A stretch of 64,000 bases of DNA from Candidatus Sulfotelmatobacter sp. Lineage in GTDB: Bacteria > Acidobacteriota > Terriglobia > Terriglobales > Acidobacteriaceae. The position numbers and the translations under genes were made by a program. Shown here one piece after another: positions 56,469 through 64,000 of the stretch. Within the stretch, counting starts at the first letter, position 1, and each line of letters opens with the position of its first letter. Where the stretch lies: assembly GCA_035272245.1 (NCBI GenBank), contig DATEQW010000071.1, forward strand, positions 42 through 64,041, written 5' to 3'. The notes under the pieces were generated by a model that saw nothing but the letters and a program-made list of their open reading frames with translations, had not been told where the DNA came from and did not search any database.

Positions 56469-59400
56469 TTACCAGATTACTTTCGCCGCGATCTGGATGT
56501 GGCGCGAGCCGCCGGAGCCGATGACCGGGTTGGCGGCGGCCACGTCCGGCGTGTAGACGACCGTTCCGACGGTGCTCGGTGCGGAGAGGTCGGTGTTCAT
56601 CGTAAACACGTCGAAGTTGGCGTGGTTGAGAATGTTAAACATCTCGCCACGAAGCTGCAACTTGAAACGCTCGCCCAGCTTGAACACTTTGGACACACCC
56701 ATGTCCCAATTGGCGAAGCTGGGTCCGCGGAAGATGTTGCGGCCCATATTACCCTGGCTTCCCAAAGCCGGCGGCGTAATCACCGTGCTTCCTGAGACAT
56801 AGCATCCCAGGTCATAACCGTTGGGACCGCCCAGGTTATCCGCCGCACCGACGCCGCCCGTTGCATAAGCCTGACTGACGCAGGCTTGCGCTACGGTCGT
56901 GTTGCCGCCGATGACATCCCCATTGGAGTTGAGGTTGAAGGGAGAGACGGTCGCATTGGGATTTACGTAGGGCAGCGGCGCAATCGGCGACCAGTGGATA
57001 TTGCTGGCCGGACCTGTCATATTCCAACGGTCGTTGTATTCGCCGGTGAGGCTGATGTCATCGTTGAAGTCGCCGAGAGTGTAGGGCTCACCCGCCTGCA
57101 GATTCACAATGCTGGTAACTTGCCAGCCCTCCAGCAGTTGCGAGCGCGTCTTCATGGAAGGCAAGTCATAAGTCATCGAGAGTGTGAAGCGGTGGCGAAT
57201 ATCGAAGTCGCCGTTGCCGCGTTCTTCGTTGTAGTTGTTGCTGTCCGGCGGCACGCCCGCCAAGTTACTGGTGGCCGTGTCGATTGCGTGCGCGTAGGTG
57301 TAACCCGCCAGGAGGTACAGGCCGTGAGAATAGCGCTTCGTCAACGTGACTTGTAGGGAGTTGTAGGCCGAGTTAGAACGATTACTGAGATAGTTGAAAA
57401 AGCCAAGCCATGGGAAGCATGGTCCGCCGAAGCCCTGCCCTCCTTCGGAGACAGGACAGTTTGTCGCCAGCGGGCGGCCAATCGTTTCCGATCCGTCATC
57501 ATAAAGCGGGTTCACCTGGTTGATGTCGGTCACACTGTAAAGGTGCACGCCGTGATTGGCGACGTAGGCGACTTGCAGCAGCGTGGTCGAATTGAGGGCT
57601 TGCTGCACGTTGAAGTTCCAATTCATCACGTAGGGAGTCTTCAGGTGCAGGTCGACGGCGAAGATGTTGCATTGGCTGCTTACGCTGCAGACGTTCCCCG
57701 AGTTCGCGGCATTGGGAAAGATCGTGGCCGACTGGTTCGGCGCCAGCCAATTGATTTGCGTGCCGTCGTTTGACTCCTGCAAGAAGGCTGTGATCGTGCC
57801 GGTGGGGTTTTGCTGAACCCCGTTGGCGTCGATGTAAGGTACACCGGTCGGATTCAGGTTGAGGCCGCCACCATTGAACATGAAAGTGCGAATGGCGGGT
57901 TGCTCATAGATCACGCCGAAACCGGAACGGACGACGGTTTTGCCAGTGCCGAAGACATCCCAAGCCAGGCCAACGCGAGGCGAGACGTTGTTGTAATTCG
58001 TGGGGTAGGGAGAGCCGATGCCCTGCCCGATCTGGGTGAGTCCGCTCGGCGAGGACGGGTTGTAATTGGCGAGCAGGTTGCGGGAATCCTTGATCGGGTT
58101 GGTGATGTCATAGCGGAGTCCGAGATTAAGGGTGACGCGCGGGCTGGCCTTCACGTCGTCTTGGAAGAAAAAGCCCATGGCCCTCTGGCTGACTTGACGA
58201 TGAGGATCTCCGTAGAGGAAGCGCCAGCGTTGGACATCGCCGTCCAGAAAATTCCAGAGATGGCGGAAGTCCACCCGGCCGCGGCCATTGCCGGCACGAT
58301 AGTAGTCGACGTCTCCGTAGTGGAATGTTCCGCCGAAGCGAAGCGTTTGTCGGCCGCGGGTGTAGGAGGCTGTATCTCCGAAGCTGTAGGTCTTGCTGGG
58401 CGTTGTTTCGAGGGGCCAACTGGAATTGCCGCCCATGTAGTTGAATTCTTCGCCGATGCCGATGCGGGGGAATCCGAATAGTCGGGGATCGATGACTCCC
58501 GTGTTCAAGCCGTACCCGCTCAAGGGATTGATGGTGTGATCGAGTGGGAAAATGGCCTCGTTGAAAGTGTTGTAGCTGAAGCGCACCTCGTTGGACCAAG
58601 CCGAATTCGGGTTGGAGGCCAAGTTGACGCCAAAGACCTGGGTGATCGGGCTGGTGGTCGAGAGCCATTGCGGGCGCAAAGGGATGGTATCTTCTTCGGT
58701 TTGCGTCGTATTCCCGTAGATAAAACGCGCGCTCAGGACGTTCTTCTTATTCAAAACATAGTCGGTCTTGGCAACCAGATTGTCCCCCCGGTTGTGATTT
58801 ACAAAATCAAAGTTGATGGCAGCCGGATCGGTTTGCGACATGGTGAAACCGGGATTGGGAAGAAACAGCGACGTGAGTTGCTGGCTTAAAGGATTGAGGG
58901 CGCAGATCCCGATATTGTCGTAGTTATTCTGACAGTAAGTCATGCCCGCCGCAGACTTAACGTAAGAGATCGCGTCCGGAACACTGTACAAAGCCGAATT
59001 AGGGCTGCCGTCAGGATTCGCGATTCCACCCATCTGGTTCGCCAACGAAACCGTCACGGGACTGTCGGTGACTCCCGGATTTCCTACCCTGTCGCGGATG
59101 CCCTCGTAGTTCACGAAGTAAAACCAGCGATCCTTCTTGATCGGGCCGCCGATAGATGCTCCGAACTCGTGCATAAGTAATGAGGCGACGGGCTGGGGCC
59201 CCGGATTGAAGTAATTGCGCGCGTCGAAAGCAGAGTTACGGTTGAAATAGTAGGCCGAACCATGAATAGCGTTGGTCCCGGACTTGATTCCGATATTCAT
59301 CACCACGCCGGGTTTGACGCCGTAGTCTGCAGTGGGGCTCTCTTGCGTGTTGAACTCTTGAATCGCATCCAGGGGCAGGAAGCTTGCGGGAGTGCCCTGA

Positions 59401-60023
59401 ATACCGGCCTCATTCGCTACGCCTTCCCCGTAGTAGGCATCGTTGTCATCGGCGCCATCGATGAAAAAATTGTTGTCGTCGGCGCGGTTGCCGTTGGAAG
59501 TGATTGACTGGAATCCGCCGCCTGGCGTGCGCTGCACTCCGGGATGCAGTTCAAGCAGGTTCTGGAAATCGCGGCCTTCGACGGGAAGTTCGGAAATGGC
59601 TTTATTCGAAAGCACGCCGTTCAGCGTAGCATCGGAGGTGTCAACCAGCGTTCCCTCTGCGCTGACCTCCATGGTTTCAGTGATGGCGCCGGGCTGAAGT
59701 TTGAGATCGATGCGCACATCCCGCGATACCTCAAGCACAAACGGCTTGCTGACGGCCTTCTTGAATCCCTTGGATTCGGCGGTCACAGTGTAGGTCCCGG
59801 GCTCCAAATTTGGAGCAACGTATTCGCCCGCGCTGGTGGTGACCAGCTGGCGCGCTACATTGGTGGCCGTGTTTGTGACCGTGACGTTCGCTCCCGCAAC
59901 CACGGCGCCGCTCGAGTCAGAGACGGCGCCCAGAATCCGTCCCTCTGAGGTCTGAGCCACCAAACAGCCAGTAACCAACAGCAGCACCGCACTTACAAAT
60001 GCAAACGACCGTGTCGTGTTCAT
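56469..60023 (-). CDS. TonB-dependent receptor with N-terminal CarboxypepD_reg-like domain
   Basis: AGGAGGCATTT precedes the ATG. Signal peptide MNTTRSFAFVSAVLLLVTGCLVAQ. GRILGAVSDSSGAVVAGANVTVTNTATNVARQLVTTSAGEYVAPNLEPGTYTV. 1184 aa with a terminal aromatic residue (KVIW). Confidence 0.9.
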   Translation of the reverse strand: MNTTRSFAFVSAVLLLVTGCLVAQTSEGRILGAVSDSSGAVVAGANVTVTNTATNVARQLVTTSAGEYVAPNLEPGTYTVTAESKGFKKAVSKPFVLEVSRDVRIDLKLQPGAITETMEVSAEGTLVDTSDATLNGVLSNKAISELPVEGRDFQNLLELHPGVQRTPGGGFQSITSNGNRADDNNFFIDGADDNDAYYGEGVANEAGIQGTPASFLPLDAIQEFNTQESPTADYGVKPGVVMNIGIKSGTNAIHGSAYYFNRNSAFDARNYFNPGPQPVASLLMHEFGASIGGPIKKDRWFYFVNYEGIRDRVGNPGVTDSPVTVSLANQMGGIANPDGSPNSALYSVPDAISYVKSAAGMTYCQNNYDNIGICALNPLSQQLTSLFLPNPGFTMSQTDPAAINFDFVNHNRGDNLVAKTDYVLNKKNVLSARFIYGNTTQTEEDTIPLRPQWLSTTSPITQVFGVNLASNPNSAWSNEVRFSYNTFNEAIFPLDHTINPLSGYGLNTGVIDPRLFGFPRIGIGEEFNYMGGNSSWPLETTPSKTYSFGDTASYTRGRQTLRFGGTFHYGDVDYYRAGNGRGRVDFRHLWNFLDGDVQRWRFLYGDPHRQVSQRAMGFFFQDDVKASPRVTLNLGLRYDITNPIKDSRNLLANYNPSSPSGLTQIGQGIGSPYPTNYNNVSPRVGLAWDVFGTGKTVVRSGFGVIYEQPAIRTFMFNGGGLNLNPTGVPYIDANGVQQNPTGTITAFLQESNDGTQINWLAPNQSATIFPNAANSGNVCSVSSQCNIFAVDLHLKTPYVMNWNFNVQQALNSTTLLQVAYVANHGVHLYSVTDINQVNPLYDDGSETIGRPLATNCPVSEGGQGFGGPCFPWLGFFNYLSNRSNSAYNSLQVTLTKRYSHGLYLLAGYTYAHAIDTATSNLAGVPPDSNNYNEERGNGDFDIRHRFTLSMTYDLPSMKTRSQLLEGWQVTSIVNLQAGEPYTLGDFNDDISLTGEYNDRWNMTGPASNIHWSPIAPLPYVNPNATVSPFNLNSNGDVIGGNTTVAQACVSQAYATGGVGAADNLGGPNGYDLGCYVSGSTVITPPALGSQGNMGRNIFRGPSFANWDMGVSKVFKLGERFKLQLRGEMFNILNHANFDVFTMNTDLSAPSTVGTVVYTPDVAAANPVIGSGGSRHIQIAAKVIW

Positions 60024-60629
60024 AAATGCCTCCTGGATGACGTTGCCTGGCTTCGGGAAATAGTGGGGACCAATCCGGAAACGGAGCTTGGGACGAAACT
60101 ACAGACCGGCCTCGAGCTTGCCGATGTTGACGAGGACCAGGGCGATGCCCTGATCACTGACGGAGATGCGCACCTGCAGCTTGTTCATAACTTCAACGGC
60201 ACAGCAGTCTGTCATGAGAGGGAGACCGAAGTCAACGCTGGATCCCACTCGCGTTCTTGATCGCATTTTTAGCGGTCCCGGCTTGCCTTTAAACGAACAG
60301 GTGCTTGCGCGGTTGTTCGGCGAATGCTGATTTCGTTTCCCCGCTGAATCGATCAAGAGTGCCGAGGGCTCAACTCTTGATTAGTCGGCAATACGGAAGT
60401 TATCCAGAAACGGGCTTATGGGAAGCATCGGAATCAGCTTCCACGATGCCTACAAAGTCAACTTCGCTATGGCCGAATGGTCGCGGGCAATCACGATTAC
60501 TTCCCACATGCCGAACTCTGGCCCGCGTCGTTGAGAGTTCGTACGCAGCCGTGACTTCCGTTTGCCCGTCACTCGCCCAGAATCGTTGGAAGCATTTCGT
60601 GGATGCCTGGGTACAGGTACACTTGCGAA

Positions 60630-61541
60630 ATGATGAAAAAGCTGCGATTCCTGGTGTCTCTTCACACCCGGGAGAACGATTTCCAAGTGGCACAAGCCCA
60701 GACCGCGGAAGAGACCGCGCACAAACTGGGGAGCGATGTGGAGATAGTATTTGCCGATAACGACGCCGTGAATCAGAGCACGCAACTGCTAAAGGCAATC
60801 CAAAGTCGAGTTGAGTCCCGACCCAATGCGATTGTGGTAGAACCGTTTGGAGGCACGGCTCTTCCGCAGGTCGCCCGGGCTGCCAGAGCTGCAGGAATCG
60901 GTTGGGCGGTCCTGAACCGGAGGCCGGATTACTTGTCCGATCTCCGCAAGGCGGCAACCCCGCCTATGTTTGCTGTTAGTTCAAATCACTTGGAGATTGG
61001 ACGCATTCAGGGAAAACAATTCGCAGCGTTGCTGCCCCGAGGCGGTTCTGTTTTGTACATTGAAGGGCCTTCGCAGAGTTCCTCGGCCCAGGAACGCGAG
61101 TCCGGGATGCTGGAGACGAAACCGCCGAACATTGAAGTGAAGATGCTGAAGGCACACTGGACAGAAGAAAGTGCCTTACGGGCTGTGCGGTCTTGGCTGA
61201 AAATGGCCACCTCACAGAGCGCGTCAATTAGCCTGGTCGGCGCGCAGGACGACTCGATGGCACTGGGAGCTCGCAAAGCTTTTCAGGAGATTACCAATGA
61301 AGCCGAGCGGTCGCGATGGCTGAGTTTACCGTTTACCGGATGTGATGGTCAGCCGGCGACGGGCCAAGCCTGGGTGCGCGAAAAATGGCTCGCGGCGACG
61401 ATCCACATTCCGCCGCTTACGGGACAGGCGATGGAGATTCTCGCAAAAGCCATTCAGGACGGAACCCAGCCGCCGGAACATGCCTTTACCACGTCCTTCT
61501 CGATTCCGTCCCTCGAATCATTGGTTCCGCGAAACCCATAA
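60630..61541 (+). CDS. Periplasmic-binding-protein type I (RbsB/LacI-ligand-domain-like) protein without a recognisable signal peptide or HTH
   Basis: MMKKLRFLVSLHTRENDFQVAQ... runs straight into the first beta strand. AIVVEPFGGTALPQVARAARAAGIGWAVLNR is typical of sugar-binding PBP folds. Confidence 0.65.
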   Translation: MMKKLRFLVSLHTRENDFQVAQAQTAEETAHKLGSDVEIVFADNDAVNQSTQLLKAIQSRVESRPNAIVVEPFGGTALPQVARAARAAGIGWAVLNRRPDYLSDLRKAATPPMFAVSSNHLEIGRIQGKQFAALLPRGGSVLYIEGPSQSSSAQERESGMLETKPPNIEVKMLKAHWTEESALRAVRSWLKMATSQSASISLVGAQDDSMALGARKAFQEITNEAERSRWLSLPFTGCDGQPATGQAWVREKWLAATIHIPPLTGQAMEILAKAIQDGTQPPEHAFTTSFSIPSLESLVPRNP

Positions 61542-61838
61542 GCATCTTCGTCGTGGAACCAGGGAGAAAGCAGCAAAGTACTTTAAGCGAGCAGTCGCGA
61601 TCTAAATCCCACAATTCTGAGCGTACAACTCCACAGGTTCGGGGTTGTCGGCAACCCTTACCTAATTCGGTAAGGTAAGTTTTGCCAGTCCTCACCCGTG
61701 ATCTACTCAATTCCCGACAAACCAACTTCTGGCCTGGAACAATTTCCGGCAGGTAGGATACAAGCGGAGAACACTATTCGCCGAGTCGCGCAGCGCAAAG
61801 AGGGTCGGCACCAAGCACGGGTGCTTACTTGTGGAGAG

Positions 61839-63578
61839 TCAGTGTCCGTGTTTAACAGGAGTGGCCGTGGTAGGATCCTCTTCAGCGGGCCGACGCCCAA
61901 TTCGCGCCATGCGAGGAACGAGAATCAGAGCAAGCGCGTACAGGAAGATCGACACGGCTGTAGATCCCGGATGTCCATGTTGCAAGTCTTCGAACAACAA
62001 CTTCGCTGTGACTAAAGCCAGCGTGCCGTAGGCAATCCATACGAGTTCAGTCCGCTGCCAACGGGTACCGCTGAAGGCAAGCGCGAGCGCGACCACGCAG
62101 GTGATCAATGTTCGGATGACTGCAACGTGGGATGCGCCCGGAGTCATGCCATTCTCCGCCAGCCACACCAGGACAGAAACCAGGAACGTGATCGCTGCGG
62201 CCACCGCCAGAATGGCCGAAAGCGCTTGCAGAAGGCGCTGGTTCCAGCGCTCCGTGCGCAAGTGGCCTGCGATCGCGTAGCACGGAATGGCCGAAGCGGC
62301 GACGATCCAGACAATCCATCCCGGCGCGGCTGGAAACGTTCCCGCGAGCGCACGCCCCGCATATTCCAGCAGGCCGGACGCATAGGCCGCAGCCGCCAAA
62401 TACATCAGGCCGTGGAATTCCAGCGTCAGGCGAGATGCCCGCGCGCCCAAGATGGTGGCGACGATCGCGGCTACGCTCAAGCACAGCGCCAATAGCACCG
62501 GCGGAAGACAGAGAGAGCTGCCCGCGAGGAAAAGAGCCCCGCTCCAAGTGGCATACACATGGTAGTTACGTTCTTCGTGATAGCGGTCGAAATAAGCATA
62601 GGCTGCGCTGTAACACGCTGCCGAGAACAGCAAGCAGAGCGCCCCTAACACCGGCGCGCCGGCACTTTCCCCAAAATGCACAATACCAAAGGCAGCCAGC
62701 AAGAACGTAATGACGGCCTGCCCGGTCTCGAAGACTCCGATTTTCTGACGAAGCCGCACGGTGCGGAAAACTATGCTCCCTCCATAAATCAGAAACCCGA
62801 TGCACCCCAGTGCCATCAACTCTGGCGTCGCTACGTTCTTGTACTCCGAGGGGATACCCTCCGGGCGGGAGTAAACGTAGAGGAGAATAGATATGGCAAG
62901 ATCCACTGCGGCGGCTATCAGCGGCCGGAGCCTGAGCCAGTGGTTGCGGCCAGCCGCCGCCTCACTGGCCAATGCCATAAACAGAAGCACCAAGATGAAA
63001 GGGACGAGATCGAGCGTCGCGATCAGCAACGCGAGGGCAGTGAACACTGCGGCCACATTGGCCACCCAGAGGATCGATACCAGATTGCGCTTCCAGGCCA
63101 GTGCATACGCGGTGGCCACGAACACGCCGAGCACGGCGGCGGTCGCCCAACTGGGCAAGACCTTAAATCGCAGAGTCAGTTCCCAGAGCATGGGAGCGAT
63201 GATCAAGGCTGCCGTGGTGGCGTAAACGCTACTCACAAAGCGCGCCTCAGCCGAAACTCGCGCTGCCCATACCAGCCACATCTCCGCATAGGCGAGCGCC
63301 AGAACTACGACCGCCAACTTTGGAAACGTACCGGATTCAGCTACAGCCCGGAGGAGATAGCCACCGGCGATTCCGAGCATGGCTTTACCTACCACCGGGA
63401 ACACTCCACTAGCTTGTGCAAGTGAGAATGCGGCGGCGGTTGGCTGGATTACGGTCGGAGCGGCGAGTATGGCGGCAACACCTGCCGCTTTCTCGGATCG
63501 ATCTTCGAGGTCGGAGACTCGGCTCTCCAGCTTCTCCAAACGAGCGATGAGCCGTGCTAAAGCGTCGAGATCGTCCAT
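61839..63578 (-). CDS. Polytopic membrane protein, DUF2339-like (N-terminal coiled coil and more than 12 TM segments)
   Basis: MDDLDALARLIARLEKLESRVSDLEDR followed by many hydrophobic helices. GGAG lies 4 nt upstream of the ATG at 63578. The ORF track starts at a TTG at 63608. Confidence 0.6.
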   Translation of the reverse strand: MDDLDALARLIARLEKLESRVSDLEDRSEKAAGVAAILAAPTVIQPTAAAFSLAQASGVFPVVGKAMLGIAGGYLLRAVAESGTFPKLAVVVLALAYAEMWLVWAARVSAEARFVSSVYATTAALIIAPMLWELTLRFKVLPSWATAAVLGVFVATAYALAWKRNLVSILWVANVAAVFTALALLIATLDLVPFILVLLFMALASEAAAGRNHWLRLRPLIAAAVDLAISILLYVYSRPEGIPSEYKNVATPELMALGCIGFLIYGGSIVFRTVRLRQKIGVFETGQAVITFLLAAFGIVHFGESAGAPVLGALCLLFSAACYSAAYAYFDRYHEERNYHVYATWSGALFLAGSSLCLPPVLLALCLSVAAIVATILGARASRLTLEFHGLMYLAAAAYASGLLEYAGRALAGTFPAAPGWIVWIVAASAIPCYAIAGHLRTERWNQRLLQALSAILAVAAAITFLVSVLVWLAENGMTPGASHVAVIRTLITCVVALALAFSGTRWQRTELVWIAYGTLALVTAKLLFEDLQHGHPGSTAVSIFLYALALILVPRMARIGRRPAEEDPTTATPVKHGH

Positions 63579-63661
63579 AATCTCCACTCGCTTTGAGGCT
63601 GGCAACAAGAACTAATCGAACGGCGCGCTCCGAAATGTCGTCCTAAAACTTGCTCTTGAAA

Positions 63662-64000
63662 TCAGTGCGCGGGTGCGGCGTCCGGAGACAAGCCGGAATC
63701 CTTCTCAGGCCAGGGAGGCAGAAGCTTCGTCAGCACCCACAAAATAAGCAATGGCAAAATAGTCAGCGCAATGGCCACAAGCAGTCCTTCGCGCGTGGCC
63801 AAACCCATCTTGTAAGTCGTATACCCCAGAAAACTTTTGGAAAACAACTGGCCTCCGATCACGATGTTCCAGCGCATGGCAAAGATTCCGACCAGCGTCA
63901 GGCATCCCGCCAGGGCGTAAATGCGCTTGCGGGCCATTTCGCCGAGCCTTAAAACCTGAGTCAAGGCCAGAAGCGCAATGGGAGTGACCGTGCCAAGAAT
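63662..64000 (-). CDS. NrfD/PsrC-like integral membrane subunit, C-terminal part only; gene continues beyond window end
   Basis: The reverse frame is open to the window edge; the TTG start in the ORF track at 63964 is an artefact. FAMRWNIVIGGQLFSKSF plus the terminal TM helix resemble polysulfide-reductase-type membrane anchors. Confidence 0.45.
   Translation of the reverse strand: MLGTVTPIALLALTQVLRLGEMARKRIYALAGCLTLVGIFAMRWNIVIGGQLFSKSFLGYTTYKMGLATREGLLVAIALTILPLLILWVLTKLLPPWPEKDSGLSPDAAPAH

Noticed and set aside
1-64000. Search for mobile elements, prophage, defence islands, CRISPR arrays, and tRNA or rRNA genes.
   Set aside because: I saw no transposase, integrase, recombinase, cas, restriction-modification or toxin-antitoxin signatures. 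I saw no terminal inverted repeats flanking a compositionally distinct block and no cloverleaf-like tRNA sequence. This was inspection by eye only, so tRNAscan-SE, ISfinder and defence-system HMM scans would be needed for certainty.

Overview
Gene-dense chromosomal segment. I found no rRNA, tRNA, CRISPR array, transposase or integrase. The gene content points to a soil Acidobacteriota (Terriglobia-like) genome; this is an inference from family content, not a search result. The supporting content is CarboxypepD_reg-type TonB-dependent receptors, YncE-propeller/phosphoesterase fusions, Ser/Thr-kinase-TPR and CadC-TPR regulators, and very PAS-rich signalling proteins.

Gene order, left to right:
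- Minus-strand glycogen catabolism operon (malQ partial, pgm, glgP), then a histidine phosphatase, a SmtA-type metallothionein absent from the ORF track, and an orphan radical-SAM enzyme with a SPASM-like half motif.
- RND efflux operon (MFP, pump, OMF).
- PoxB-like TPP enzyme.
- Histidine kinase, receiver protein, and a 1547-aa REC-7xPAS-GAF-AAA+-HTH sigma-54 activator.
- STAS protein, a kinase remnant with no sensor domain and no phospho-accepting His, and a NarL-type regulator.
- A cluster of small zinc-ribbon proteins and a quinone oxidoreductase.
- Two phosphorus-scavenging loci (propeller-phosphoesterase fusions, an NPP-type phosphodiesterase, a TonB receptor, a CusRS-like two-component system).
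- A 1211-aa Ig-like surface protein and a Ser/Thr kinase-TPR protein.
- Assorted housekeeping and accessory genes, a second TonB receptor, a DUF2339 membrane protein and a partial NrfD-like gene at the right edge.

Most unusual signals:
1. A conserved non-coding element of about 95 nt occurs four times. Each copy has the orientation of the downstream gene. The downstream genes are poxB-like, dksA/traR-like, a small CxxC gene, and a qor/zinc-ribbon operon. Two copies carry a compensatory base change in a 7-bp stem.
2. Five TTCGCGAA palindromes lie just upstream of a GG-N10-GC sigma-54-type promoter, directly after the giant activator gene.
3. The STAS / kinase-remnant / NarL-regulator module.
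4. The radical-SAM enzyme sits next to the Cys-rich metallothionein gene.

All functional calls come from reading motifs by eye. No database search was run.
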